The notes: generated from the sequence alone by a model not told the origin. DNA of 64,000 nucleotides from the human T2T-CHM13v2.0 reference genome, Homo sapiens (GCF_009914755.1 NC_060932.1), one strand, 5' to 3'. Positions 29,079 to 48,206 are shown, counted from the first letter of the stretch. Numbers and translations are program-made.

Positions 29079-31095
29079 TTTGTTTTTTGTTTTTCTGAAG
29101 TGAATGACATCGTTTTTTGGAATGAAAAGGTCTTGCCCCACCCTGCAAGTGTATCTCTGCCTTTGAGACAATTTAGCCCTGGAATCAAACCTGGGGGGGA
29201 AAATCAAATTATGATATTAAAGAAAACGCTGACAAATTTCTAAATTCCTTTCCTCTACTCCCTGCTGCATACAACTTCCTTCTTTCTATCTATAAATACT
29301 ATATCTGCTCTAGAAACGTGAAAAATAACATAAATATTGAACAGAGTGTGAAGGAATTTAAACTTTATTGATGAGTAGTAGTATTACCCTTCTGGACTGA
29401 TGCAGATGAGAGCACCATAAAGACAAAGTGAGTTCTTTTGGTCCTTAAGCCACGAATTGGAGTCTGGATAGTAGGGATGGAAATGGGTTATTAGATCATC
29501 AGTTCACTTTCCTCTCCAAGCAGCAATTAAATTTGTTTTCTTTGTCTCAGCTTACTCGTTGCTCAAAAAAAAGAAACATTTCAGCTCCTCTTCATGGGGA
29601 ATAAGACCAAACATAGAACACTTTTCTCTTAACATGTGTGGTGCTTGAGAGGAGAAAGAGGCAGGAAGGAAATGCAGGAGAAATGTGGGAATCACAGTTA
29701 ACCTGAAGGATTACTTTGGCTGTCCCCTTCAGCTAATGTGAACATTCTGGCAGTCAGATGCAGCCCTGTGAGAAACATCTATCAGACATCCTAAGTAGAT
29801 GCTCCAACTGCTGTTTTTCATGTACAGCTGACTCCAAGATGAGTGTGATGCTATCACGGTGCAGGATAACAGAGATGTACCGCGAACCCAACACTCAAGA
29901 TGGGAATGATAAAACTTCAATAACAAAAACAAAAAAACAAAACAAGCCACACTATCCTTTCAGCCTTCAGGGATCGCCTCCTTAAACTGTTTTCTAAAAT
30001 CTTTCTGCACTTTATATCAGGTGCAGGAGAAGTAGACTACATACATTATTTGTTGTCTATCTTTGAAAGGATTTCATTCCCTCTACTGCACTTAATCATT
30101 CCCTTATCTGAATATTAACTCAGTGTAAAGCTTCCCAAATTTTCCAAGTTCTTGAAAGAGAGCAAAACATATTGCAAAGCTCTATATGTTTCCTGCTAGA
30201 TATATTTCGTGAAAGACTTCATTATGTCCACTTTCTTTTGAGTTTTTGTGTTAGCCCTGCATTGCTATAATTTCCAACATCCCCTGGAACATAATGAAAA
30301 CCAGAGAATTGCTTTTTTTTTCTGGGTCCATTTTATTACATTCTTTTACATCTCTTACTTAACTACTTCTAATGCCTTTGCTCTGAAACTTTGTGCATTT
30401 GAGGGTTTTTTTTTCCCCGTGATTTGGTGGACTGCAAGGGCACACAAAACTAGCTTATTTTTCCTAGTCAGGCAGTTTTGAATAGAAGGTGATTGTGTTT
30501 TCCAGAGATAAGTATGTAAGTCTTTTCTGCTACCGGAGGAGGATTCTATTTTAGTAGTCTATTAAGTAGACAATAAGCACTGAGTTATGAGTTGATAAGT
30601 GGATCTGCTTACCACCTAGAAACATCAATTGAAACCACAGCTTATGGTTTCTTACTGCCTCTTTTTGGTTTCTCACTGAGTCTTTCTGGTTATTGTTATC
30701 ATTTCGTTTTTGACTTGGGCTTGGACTGTTCAGCTTGGCTGTGTTAATTTTTCAGAATCAATGACTTTTATAGTTACTTCCATGAGTTTTTCCTCCTGCA
30801 TTTTATTTAAGCAATTCACTAACTATTTATAAGACCATCTTTGAAAGCCTGAGATACATATCTAGGCAAATATCCATGGAAAAAATAAACACTCTGCAAA
30901 TTTGCAAACAAATACAGCAATTGCCAAAGTAGGGTTATCTTTTGCAATCAGTACTGTGGTTTCAGTTTGAAAAAATAAAGCTTTCTTATCAGTTTTGCTC
31001 CAAGGGCTATCTGATTCGGTGTGTAGTCGGTGAGGAAATAAATACAGGTATAATAATCTGTGCTTGCTCAAAAATTAAAAAATCCTTTAGGAGGG

Positions 31096-31375
31096 GGCCA
31101 GGCGTGGTGGCTCATGCCTGTAATCCCAGCAATTTGGGAAGCAGAGGCAGACAGTTTACCTGAGGTCAGGAGTTCTTGAGACCAGCCTGGCCAAAATGGT
31201 GAAACCCTGTCTCTACTAAAAATCTTAGCTGGGCTTGGTGACATGCACCTATAGTCCCAGCTACTTGGGAGGCTGGGGCAGGAGAATCGCTTGAACATGG
31301 CGGAGATTGCAGTGAGCCAAGATTGTCCAGCCTGGACAATAGAGACTCTTTCTCAAAAAGAAAAAAAAAAAAAAA
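31096..31375 (+). mobile_element. AluS
   Basis: Full dimer with small deletions; TSD-like AAAA(T)CCTTTAGGA. Confidence 0.95.
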
Positions 31376-32111
31376 CCTTTAGGAAGGATAAAACTCATTT
31401 CCTCTATCAGCATAGTGTCACCATATTACAGAAGTATCAAGGTCAAGTATTAAGACTACTGAGGCTCAGGTGTCCTTGGCTGAAGGGAGAGAGAGGATAC
31501 CATTCTTGCATAGTCTTCAGGGCAGCAGTAATCAGCAAACTGATAGGTTGCTTCTGGGTCTAAACCCACTGTAATCATTTGCTTGTAGAGATGACAAAGT
31601 TATCAGTTGTACTTACATCCACTTTTTTTGTTGTTTCAGAAGCTTACCACACTTCTCCCAGTTTCCTTTTAATTAGTTTGTAATTTTAAATCATTACATT
31701 AAGATAAGAGGTTTTTATTAAATTTGGTAGAACTCATGGTAGGTCCTACAGAAATCACTGAACTTGGCAGCCAAAAACAGTGACCAGGCTGAGGATGTGC
31801 CTGAATTGAACAGGGAGATGCTATTTACTTCTTAACAGAGACATACTTTTCACGCAGAAACTTGGCAACTGGAGGAGAAAAACACAGAGGTGAAGGGGAA
31901 AGAAGACTATTCTGGAAATTAACAGGTTTCAATTTTGGTTGTTCTTCAACTTGTTAGCTATGTGGCCAGAAATAAGCCTCTTAAACTCTCTATTCCTTGG
32001 TTTCTTCACCCACTACTCTAAATCTGATGAAACAGAGCAGTAAGAATTTCTTAGGATATAGCTTAATTTATTTTTTTTTAAAAAGCTCAATCTAAAAACA
32101 AGCTTAATTTA

Positions 32112-33712
32112 AAACAGAGACAAACAAATATGCCTAACTTTGAGTTTTGACAAAAAATGCAAAAGTAATTCAATGGAGGAAAGATGAGCTTTAAAAAAAA
32201 AAAGTGATACTGGAGCAATTGGATATCCAAAGGCAAAAAAAAAAAGTGCCTAAATTCATTTCTCACATCTTATACAGAAATTAACTCAAAATTGATTACA
32301 GACTTAAACATAAAATGTTAAGCAATAAAACTTTAGGAAACAAACAGGAGAAAATGATGAGGACCTAAAGCTATGTGAAGAACTTCTAGACTTGATACTA
32401 AAAGTATGATTTTCATTTTAAATGAATTTTAAAATGAATTTCAATGAATTTTAAAATTCATTTTAATCAACTGGGACCTCATCAAAATTAAAACTTTTGT
32501 TCTGTAAGAGACCCTGTGTAAAGAATTAAAAGAAAAACTACAGAGCAGGAGAAAACATTTGCCAACCACATATTCAAGAAAGATTTTGTACCTAGAGAGT
32601 ATAAAGAACTCTCAAAACTCCACAGTAAAATCCAAACGATCCAATTAGGAAAATGGGCAAGAAACATAAACAGAAATTTTACCAAAGATGATATACAGAT
32701 GGAAAATAAGCACATGAAAAGATGTTCAATATCATTAGCCATTAGGAATATGCAAATTAAAACAATGAGATAGCACTATCTACCTATCAGGATGGCTAAA
32801 GTAAAAAAGAGTAATAATACCAATTGCTGGAGAGGATGTGGAGAAACTGGATCACTCATACATTGTTGATGGAAATGTAAAATGGTACACTCTGTAAACA
32901 ATTTGCTTGCTTCTTATAAAACTAAACATGTATTTACCATATGATTCAGCAGTTGTGCTCTTGGACATTTATCCCAGAGAAGTAAAAACTTAGACTCAGT
33001 AAAAACCTGTACATGAATATTAATAGCTGTTTTATTTGTAAAAGCCCCAAACTGGAAACAACCCAAATATCCTTAGATCAGTGACTGGTTAAACAAACTG
33101 TAGCACAGCTATACTATGACATACTATGAAGCAATAAAAAAGGAATGAGCTATTGATACAGACAAAACCATGGATGAATTTCAAGGGAATTGTGCTAACT
33201 AAAAATAAGCCAATCACAAAAGATTTCATGTGATGTGATTTTATTTATATAATATTCTTGAAATGACAAAAATATAGAAATGGAGAACAGATTAGTAGTT
33301 TCCAGGGGTCAGAGAGTAGAGGAGGGAGGGAGGTGTGTGTGTCCATAAAAACGTTGCGCCAGGGATCCTGGTGAGGAAGCTGTTCTGTATCCTCATTGCT
33401 GGTGTTCACGTGAATCTACATATGTGATAACATTTGATGGAACCAAATACACCCACAAACACACACATACACATATGAGTGCATATAAGACCAGAGAAAC
33501 TTATTTTGGTGGATTCCGTAAATGTCAAATCTTTGGTTATGATATTGAAGTGTAGTTTGGCAAGATGTTACTATTGGGGAAAATAGTAACATTGTACTAT
33601 TGTCCTGTGAATTATTGATTCACAGGAAATTGTAAAAAAAAATGCTTTGTCCTATACATTTTTTTAGAATTTCCTGTCAATCCATAATTATTTCAAGATA
33701 AAAAAAGTTTTG
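32112..33712 (+). mobile_element. L1MC/L1MD 3' portion (ORF2 end plus 3'UTR)
   Basis: TTTGACAAA...AATTCAATGGAGGAAAGAT, AAGCACATGAAAAGATGTTCAATATCATTAGCC, AATGGAGAACAGATTAGTAGTTTCCAGGGG. Confidence 0.88.
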
Positions 33713-33956
33713 TAAAGGAAGAATTTTCGAGACTCTTTCAGATTTTTTATTTTGAGATTTAATCTATTATATGAGAAAAATAAGCTTTAACTGACCACTC
33801 TTTCCTTCCTATCCAAAGCTTAGTCAATGAGAAAATGTTGCAAGAGAAGGAGAATGGGGGGTACCTGAGACTCCAGGAGAGTACATACCCTTTTTAAAAA
33901 AGCAATACAAGCCAGCAGAAAAAGGAAGGATGGGACTCTGGAGCGATTATGTGAAT

Positions 33957-34160
33957 CTGTGGTTCTCAAAGTTCAGCATGCATCAGATTCCCAGAGGGCT
34001 TGTTTAAACAAAAATTTCTGCCCTGCAACCACAGAGTTTCTGATTCACTAGGTCTGGGGGTGGTGGGTGTGGTTCAAGAATCTGCATTTCTAGAAAGTTC
34101 CCATGTGATGTTGACTCCAGTGCTGATGCTGCTGGTCAGACCACACTCTGGAAACTACTG
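33957..34160. mobile_element. MER5A
   Basis: GTGGTTCTCAAAG...CAGAGTTTCTGATTCACTAGGTCTGGGG...GACCACACTCTGGAAACTACTG. Confidence 0.85.
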
Positions 34161-34672
34161 CCATAGAACATCTGAGAGTCACAATTTGAAACTGTCTCAA
34201 GAAATTTCTAAGTAAAATGCAATGCAATAAATTACTTAAGAATTCTCTATATTTACAACTCTTTATTTGTATAGTTTCCTTCCCCCTCAGTATGTTGGCT
34301 GGTAAGAATGTTCTTTTTGATTATTCATCTGTGTGGGCTCAAGAGTGTGTCACTGAGTTAATTTACAAAGCCTCGGATTGCATATCCATCACATTTGTAG
34401 AAAGTATTATCCCAGAAAAATCCATCAACACAACACATAAGCTCCAAAATGTACTGCACAATTGGCGTGCAATAGAGTAGTCAAAGAACCAATGAAATGT
34501 AAAAAGTTATCTATATGGAGATCTCAAAATGAATTAACAAATTAAATCCTTTGACATTGTATGAGATCCCATTAGGGTTCATTGTTACAGTTTTCTTTAA
34601 TGTTTCTAAAATAGAAATGTTGTCCTGGGCAGAGCAGTGTAATGTGTACTTGCTTTGGCATCAAATGCCACA

Positions 34673-34967
34673 TTTTTTTTTTTTTTGAGACGGGGTCTTG
34701 CTCTGTCACCTAGGCTGGAGTGAGTGTGCAGTGGTGCAATCGTAGCTCACTGTAGCCTCGAACTCCTGGGCTTAAGCAATCCTCCCACCTCAGCCTCCTG
34801 AGTAGCTGGGACTACAGGTCCCAGCTGCCCAGCTATTTTTAAAATTTTTTGTAGAGACAAGTCTTGCTATGTTGCCCAGGCTGATCTTAAACTCCTAGCC
34901 TCAAGAAATCCTTCAGACTTGTCCTCCTAGAGTGTTGGGATTACAGGTGTGAGCCTCCACACCAGGC
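34673..34967 (-). mobile_element. AluJ
   Basis: Antisense Alu with J diagnostics, inserted in MIR-like sequence. Confidence 0.93.
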
Positions 34968-35109
34968 ATTGTTTCTATTTTAACTTTGCTACTTACGAGA
35001 AGTCTTAATTTGACCAACAACTAATGTAAGCTCTAGTTTCCCCATATGTAAAAAGAAGATAATGCCTAAATTGCAGGGTTTATTGGGAGAATTAATAAGA
35101 ACACGCCTA

Positions 35110-35413
<304 letters not shown>

Positions 35414-35535
35414 TAAGAACACGTCTAAAATAATTAGTGCAGTGTCTGACACTTAAGTTCTCAAATAGTGGCGGTGAAGATGTGAAGGAGGGTAGAGATG
35501 ACTGTGATTATTAATCATCTTATTTGTTGATCATA

Positions 35536-35575
35536 TTAAAATGACAAAAACCACAATTATTTTGCACCAACCTAA
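35536..35575. mobile_element. Half MADE1
   Basis: AATGACAAAAACCACAATTATTTTGCACCAACCTAA followed by TA. Confidence 0.8.
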
Positions 35576-35780
35576 TATTTCAGCAGATGTCCTCTGAATC
35601 AGAAGTAAATAGCCATGATAATCTTACCATTAGTTATTTTATTGAGCAATTACAAGTCCCAGGCTCTTACGTTTTTATATTAATTTTTTACAACCAGTTT
35701 ATGCGATGCATACTGTCCTCATTTATCATATAAGGAAACTAAAACTTAAAGAGTTTAATATATTGCTCAAGGTTATCCAG

Positions 35781-36523
<743 letters not shown>

Positions 36524-36572
36524 CATAGTAGTAAGATGTCATGCTGAGGTATGAACCAGACTTCATACGCAA

Positions 36573-36948
36573 TGCTGTGGACTAAACTTTTGTATGCCTG
36601 TGAAATTCATATCTTGAAGGCCTAATCTCTACTGTGACGGTGTTTGAGATGGGGCGTCTGTGAGGCTTTAATAGGTTTAGATGAGGTCAGGAGAGTGAAG
36701 TGCTTGTGTTGGAATTAGCACCCTTATAAGAAGAAAAAAAGGCCAAAGCCTCCTCTCTCTCTGCCACCTGAAAATGCAACAGGGAATGGCCATCCACATG
36801 CCAAGAAATGGGCCCTTATCATACACCAAGTCTTCCTGCACATTGATCCTCGATTTCTCAGGTTTTGGAACTGCAGGAAATCGACGTTCATTGTTTAAGC
36901 CACACAGTCTATGGTATTTTGTTATAGCTGCCTGAGCTGACTAAGACA
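36573..36948 (+). mobile_element. MLT1A MaLR LTR
   Basis: TGCTGTGGACTAAA...GTCTATGGTATTTTGTTATAGC...CTAAGACA; 5-bp TSD CGCAA/GGCAA. Confidence 0.88.
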
Positions 36949-39628
36949 GGCAATATATGACATGGCCGTTTGCTCCAGGACTTTTAGGAAATGTGGATCC
37001 CATTGGTAGTGCTCAGCAATCAAATTTATTTGATCCTCATGTTCAGCAGACATGTTGTTTTTTTCTTCATGTATTGCCAACTCTTTTATATGATACATAA
37101 AACATATTGAAAAACGTAGACTTGCTATCTTTATATTCCACATGTTGGCAGATTCTTTCCAAGAAAAGTGATTTTCAGATCATTCCTTAGGAGCGTTGAG
37201 GCTGAGAAGTGGTCTTTGCATATTTATATTTAGAAATTATCGAGTCCAAAATCTAAATATTGAGTCTTGGTAGAAGAGAAAACCAGTCACAATTTATGTA
37301 AAATAGTTGTTCCTAGGTAATGAACCAAAGCAGGGACTATATTTGAGAAGTAGAATGGTATTGTCAAAGTCAGTGTACAATCAGGAAATTAAAGAGATTA
37401 TTTTATCCAAACTATTGCAGTTAATGAGGAATGTCTCAAAAGAAAGGGAAGCAGGGTTTTATAGATATAGGGGAACAAAAAGTTTAAGGGATTTCTTAAC
37501 CACCACTTTTTTCTAGAAGCATAGGGATTAGGTCACATTCAACATTTTCAGTCCCCACTTCTACTTCAGATCAATAAACATTATAGGATGCTGAACAACA
37601 TAGAGGTGATCATCAGAAACCTGAGTAAGACTGAGCAGGGTCTAAGAAATAGTCTCTCAAGAGTTCTTGTTGGCATTATTGTCGTAACATCACCTAAACC
37701 AGCTGTTGAGAAGTAGTGGCAAAGGCCAGTTGTTTCAAAGTCATAGAGATCAGGCTCCTTAAAAGAGAAGTATTTAAAATGAAAAACATTAATATCAAAG
37801 ATTATGTTAAAGACCAGAGTTTAACCCTGAGCATACCAGTCCAGCAAATTCCAAAAGGTGGGTGGGGAAAATCTTTCAGTTACACAGTACCATTCGTTGA
37901 GTTTCTTGAAGCTAGGATGTCAATGTTCTTGATGATGTTCAGTCTCGGTTAGCTTTCCTCTAAGAGAATGAAGGACCTGAGCTTTTCACCAGAATTTGTT
38001 AGGGGCTCAGACAGTGGTTTGTGCAGGGAAAAGTCTGGCCTGCGTGTAATCTGCTGCAGTGGTGAGTTCTTCAAAGTTTGAATCAAGTAGTTGGACTTCA
38101 GCTGGCAGAATTTCTTCAACTCCTGGAGAAAAGAGCTAGCTGCTAGACAACCTAGAGTTCCAACAGGAATCTGGGCAATCAGATGTTATTTTTCAGTGAC
38201 ATCAAGTTAGGGAAAGAGAGAAAAATTGGAAACATTAATTTGTAGGGTTGTAGCCAGATATTGAAGCAAACTGGAAGGCTTCACAGTTTGGTACAAATTA
38301 ACAATTTGGGCAAGATAACAGGATCCAGTTCAATTTTTAGGAAGGTGTCCAAACTGCTTTTTCCACAGAGGAGGGGAAGTCATTTAAATCATTCCAGACA
38401 AGTCAGAATTTGCATATGTATCAGTTACCTGCAATTTATGAAACTGTATAATATGGCTAAGAGATAATTATGTCTACAATCTGATAAACAGGAAGGAGCT
38501 GCTTGCTATAGTTTTCCACTGAAACAAAACATTTCTCTCTATAGTCACCCCTCTTTTGATCAAAAATAATCTCAAAGAAAGATTATTCTTGATCACAAAA
38601 TAAAGCTAGTACCATCAGATTTGGCCTGATTATTTACATGGTTGTCTTAAAGATGATAATTCACTACATAGGGTTTCTTATATTTGCTTTGCTGAAAGTT
38701 TTCATAAGGAATCTCAAATTGAATTTTTAAAAACCACTTGAGGCTAGGAAGCTATATCAAGAACTCACCAACAGATTTACCTACAGTATCTATAAATTTC
38801 GGTAAATGCCTCTCTTTTAGAGGTCCCAAAAATATCTCAAGTTTTCTGAGCCTGCGAGGAAGTATCCTTTACCTGTAAATTTGGGCACCTCATTAGCCAG
38901 AAATCAGGCTGGTTTTCCCAAGAGGGCTTTAAATGAGCATACCTAATGTTTCCAATATTTCATGCAAACAAGGAAGAGTTTTATTGAACCTATGCAAATA
39001 ACTATAATTTTGAAATATAATGAGAATACTCAGTAAGAATTTCTGATTTCTCTAACAGTCAGGCAGGAAGAAAAAGATACCAATGACAAATGTTTCATTT
39101 ATATTTGCAAAGCATAGACTTCTGAATTATTATGAGTTTCAGTTAGTTTAAGAGAAAATAGAAATAAGTTTCCTATGTCCAAAAAATCAACCATTAAAAT
39201 ATCAGCAATATTCCAAACAAAAGCTACAGTCATTCCTCATCAGTTCCTTCAGTCCTGTGTAATTCTTGCTCTGCTTCCTCTTGGCTTAACAGTTTCATGC
39301 ATACATCTGCCTCTCCAAACAGGGCTCTGGAAATCCTGACTCAGTCTGCTGGTATGGTCTCAAGGTTGTGTAAGTGACGGCATCAGAAGCTTCTGCCCCA
39401 AATGAAAAGTACCTGGCATAGAGCTTTGCCATGGGGCTCTGAGATAATCCTTTGTTGAGACAAAGCACTACAGCTAGATTTGTAAGAGCTTTCAGGGAAG
39501 CACCACAAAGCAAAATTCTATTTGTAAATGACAAAAGCCTTAAAAATTACTTTGAAAAATCATTTTCAAACGTGAAAGATGTAAGGAGTGTTTATCACAA
39601 GAATCTCCATTTGAAAAATACTGGCTTA

Positions 39629-40034
39629 TAGGCACAGAAAAACAAAGATAGTATGTTCTCACTTACATGAGGAATCTTAAAATAATCACACTCGAAGCAG
39701 ATAGAATGGCGGTTACAGGGGATGGGGGTGGAGGGAATGGGGAGGTGATGGTCAAAGGCTATAAAATCTTTATTAGGAGGAATCTGTTTTTGTTTTTTGA
39801 GTTCTAGTGTACAGTGTGGTAAGTGTAGTTAATAATAAAGTGTTGTACATTTCAAAATTGGGAAGAGTAAATTTCAAATGTTCTCACACAACAAAATGAC
39901 TAGTATTTGAAGTGATGTCGTTAACTGGCTCAATTTAATTATTCCACATGGTAGGCATAAATCATATTATCACTTTGTACCCCATATACTTACAATATCA
40001 TAAATTGTCAATTTACAGTTTTTTTTTAAAAAAA
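39629..40034 (+). mobile_element. L1MA 3' end nested in the provirus
   Basis: AAATTTCAAATGTTCTCACACAAC...CACTTTGTACCCCATA; TSD-like ACTGGCTTA on both flanks. Confidence 0.85.
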
Positions 40035-42058
40035 GGAAAGCACTGGCTTAGAATAAGCTAATTTGAAATTAACGAATAAAAGTTGTTACCAAGTTAACAT
40101 TTTAAAAATAACTGAAACTTATGACTCATGTGGTGCTCTCTAATAACAGGGCAAAGTGACATCGGGACTCAAAGAAAAACACGTTATGGACATAAAAGCC
40201 TTTGATGACTCTCTAGGAATTTTCCATACAGCATACAATTTCTGAAATATTTATACTGATAACATTCTGCCCATACAGATTTGTCCTAGGGAAGGTTAAG
40301 CATCTCTTCTGAGTTGGCAATGACTCCCGTGCAATTTGTAAATAGTAACATATCAAATAAACCTAATTCTTTTCAGCAACTTTCTTTTCATAAGGTGAAA
40401 TAACAAATCCTTTGTGATTTTCAAAGGCCCTCTGGGAGATATCAAAGACAGTTTCAGATGCAATAGATATCACTTAGGAATCAGTTTTGGGAGGGAAAAT
40501 ATCAAAAGTTGTCAGGAGATTGGGACACTTTACTAGGATACGGTCGTGAGTTACTGATAAACAATACTTTGCTACCTTAACTAAGGTGACAGCAAAAAGA
40601 GTGAAAAAGTAAGCACAGGCAGTAACATGATTGTAAAGAATCTTAGCTTTTTCAAAAGGGAGAAGACTTTATTAAATAAGCAAGGACGTGATAAACTCAA
40701 TACACAATATAGGAAGTTATTTTAAGACATGTAATCTTTGCCTTCTAGGCAGATTACTCAGAAGGTAAAGAAAAAATATTATTAAGAGTAGACTAAGAAG
40801 TTAAGAAAATGTTATGTTTTTAAACAGAGGCAAAATTAAATTCTACTTTGCATCATTATGGCATTTGATATTAAAGATCTTTTTGAAATCTTATAAATGA
40901 ATTCATCAAGCCTTAGCTAGCACTGACCACAGCAAAGTTTGTTTCCCACAAGCGTTTTACAACTTTCTACGTCTATTCAGCTTTTGTCCTACACATTAAC
41001 AACTAGCTATATGACTTCAGAATAAAATGACTCTATTTTTTTCTTAACAAAAACATGTTCTGCAAACCTTGCATACAAAATTGTATCTCTCTGCTATTAT
41101 TATGCCTTGTAGAATCTCATTCATGTATATTGATTATAATTTTTAAATAGAAATAGTAACATCTGTTGCACAAAGAAAAAAGGGAAATGGATAATTGTGA
41201 TCTTTCTGTCATACATAAGCTTTTTGTAACACACTAGTGGAACTCATGAATACACATCTCACAACTTTTAATAGCCATGCATATTATTTACAGCACGACT
41301 TATGCAAAGTGGCAAAAATGAACACATTTATTAACAAAACTGAATGTACATGCTTCTCTATAGCATATAGAAACAAAAGGCAAAAAAGTATATAAACTTA
41401 AAATTATGCTTGGTTACCAATATTTCACTTTTCTCTCTTGCATAGAAATTACATAAATATCCAATTAATATTCATTAATTAATTCAATTTAGCTTCAATC
41501 CAAGGTTTTAAATTACCAAATATCTTGGAATTTGTCTTCAGGCTGACATGCTCCAAAATATTAGTACCATTGAAAGTTTGTTAGAATAATGACTCAATTT
41601 GCTTAAACACAAATTTTTATTTTCTATTGTATTAAACATTAAGTAGAAGTAATGCTAGGTTATTTGGTTGGTAAATCTAAGTTTAGGAAGAACATTCACA
41701 AGTAGAATAGAAGCATACTTGTGTTATATTTAACACTAAAAACTCAGAGAAAACAGCTATTTTTACTAAATCAACCTCATTAATTGATTATCAAAATAAT
41801 AATTATTGTTAAATATTGTTTGCCAAACATTTACCTAGATTTTGTGAACTTGAATTATTGTCTCTGAGTTATGTTCCTACAAGATACAGCTTTTTCCCCT
41901 ACAGTAAAAGTGTTTAAGGCTCAATTTCCTCAACTTCTGGGAATTTGGGAAATATTTGGTTTATATAAATGGTTATTTATTTCTAAGCCAATTAGAATAG
42001 AGCTCCTTTAAGAGATTCTAAACCTAATTTAGCGACACCATCCTGAGGTAGGGAAATA

Positions 42059-42180
42059 TTTTATTTTTATTTTTTTCAGAGATGGGCTAGATTAGAACTC
42101 CTGCCTTCAGCCTCCTGAGTAGCTAAGGTTGCAACTTCCATAGTAGCTGAAATTGTAGGTGCATGCCACCATATCTGGCC
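42059..42180 (-). mobile_element. Alu monomer fragment nested in the provirus
   Basis: CAGCCTCCTGAGTAGCT...GCCACCATATCTGGCC; TSD AGGGAAATATT. Confidence 0.75.
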
Positions 42181-42691
42181 AACAGGGAAATATTACATAC
42201 TCTAACAATGAGTGGTGACATCCTTTCTGAATTACAGACATGTAGACATTAAAGCAGAGATAGCAAGAATTTAGTTTCCATTCTAACATTTAAGCCATGG
42301 GTCAAGAGTGGACACAGAATCACAAAACTTACTGTTTCATATCAAAGAGCTGTTCTGTTCTCATGATTCTTAAGTGATTTGAGCTCAAAACAGACAAACA
42401 GAAAAGCGTAGCAAACCAAATTCTCTGTTGTCTTTCACCCATAAGATACAAGATCTCTAAAAGTCATTAATCCCCTCTCAGAGATCACCAAGTGGTCAGA
42501 CCACAAAACCAAAGCCAGTGCCAGAAATCAAGTGAGTACTAAAACCTTGCCTTGCTACCAATAGACAAGGGTCCATATCACAGGACCAGGAGTTAGACTT
42601 ATTCATAGTTCCTTGGACCAGGAATGGAGCACAAAGGGCCCAAATAAGCCTTATTACCTGTGTTGAGTAAACAAAGATCCCAGTGCAGGAG

Positions 42692-42709
42692 ATCCATATC
42701 ATGGCACCA
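42692..42709 (-). other. Retroviral primer-binding site complementary to the tRNA-His 3' end
   Basis: TGGTGCCATGATATGGAT vs TGGTGCCGTGACTCGGAT (14/18, two mismatches are CpG decay); 3 nt from the 5' LTR. Confidence 0.75.
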
Positions 42710-44185
42710 AACTATCAAATACAGGATGCACTAGGTCATTAAAGAGAAGATTTTATTCAAAGCATTGCAAAATGGAGAACATTGATTTATGGTGAATATC
42801 TTGAAGAAAAGGAAGGGGGTCTGGGGTTCTATAGAGGCAAGAAAAAACGGGAGTCATCCAGAAGTCTTATAAAAGTCATGAAGAAGGGTGGAGATGGGTC
42901 TTATCTCAGAATATGGGAAGGCAGTTTGGGCCTTTGCATTAGTTGTTTGCCAGACACTAAAGGGTAGAGAGGTTTCTTAATCATTACTCTTTTCCAGAAG
43001 CACAGGGCTCAGGTAAGATTGAATATTTTTCATGCCTTTCATCCTCTCTGTCTGATCTCTTTCAAACCGTCTTTTTTGTTGAGGCTATATGAAATGTTTA
43101 CTGTTTTACCTTCCAATCAACTCCATAAAAACGGTTGATATAAAGCATCTAGCCAAGTTCCACTACATTTTAGTCATTCATTATGGAACATCATCCCAAG
43201 GAAGGCTTTATTCTCTCTGTCTAAGCAAGCAATGAAGGGAGATCTTTTGGAAATGGCCTAGTATTTGATGAGAAGCAAGAACAAGGTCTACATTAGTGGA
43301 TCACAGACTTTTTGCCACTGAGATCCACCATTGAAAATGCATTCATTATTACCTCTGCATGTGTTTATTTAACTGCAACAATAGTTTAATGATTTTCATA
43401 ACACAAAACTTCACAGTGTATGATGACACTGATACCTTCTAGTCTATTCCCAGCTGTTCTATTTCATTTTTTTATGCTTATAGTGACTCATTAAAATGGA
43501 TTTCCACGAATGCAATGCAACACACAGTTTGAAGTCCACTGGAAAATCTTTTAAAACTGTTATTATAAAATGAATTTAGTAACCTTTTCAAAATTTTACT
43601 AGTATAGTTTCTGTGGTTTTTAAGAATACAAATATTTTGCCTTCTGGTCTTTTTTTCACACAAGTATATGGCAGATTCCTATAAATATTTTAATAGATCA
43701 GCAGTTTCCAATGCCATGTTTCGGTGATGATATTTTACCAGAGATAGTCTGTAATGAAAAATTGAGACAAATGATGACAATGTAATTTGCAGACATGTAT
43801 ACTTATTTATAATAAATTTGTAGACATGTATATTTAGTTAGTTATTCAACAAATATTCAGTGCCTTTTATATCTTAAGAATGGTTCATGATAATTGGAGG
43901 CAAACAAGAAAGGCAAAGTTACTGCTTAGTTGAAATTTACATTCTAGTATAAAAATTGCCATATTTATTATTATTATTATTATTATACTTAAAGTTCTGG
44001 GATACATGTGCAGAATGTGCAGGTTTGTTACATAGGCATACGCTTGCCATGGTGGTTTGTTGCACCCATCAACCCATCATCTACATTAGGTATTTCTCCT
44101 AATGCTATCCCTCCCCGCTCCCCCCACCCCACAACAGGCCCTGGTGTGTGATGTTCCCCTCCCTGTGTCCATGTGTTCTCACTGT

Positions 44186-48143
<3,958 letters not shown>

Positions 48144-48206
48144 TATGATGCTAGCTGGTTATTTTGCCTGTTAGTTGATGCAGTTTCTTCATAGTGTCAA
48201 TGGTCC

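Larger units (their letters stand above)
37362..43032 (-). mobile_element. MER31-type ERV1 provirus (5' LTR 42713-43032, internal region, deleted 3' LTR 37362-37550)
   Basis: Two homologous LTRs; minus strand starts TGAAAAATATTCAATCTTACCTGAGCCCTGTGCTTCTGGAAAA (MER31-like); PBS at 42692-42709; purine tract AGTAGAAGTGGGGAC directly before the 3' LTR. Confidence 0.82.
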
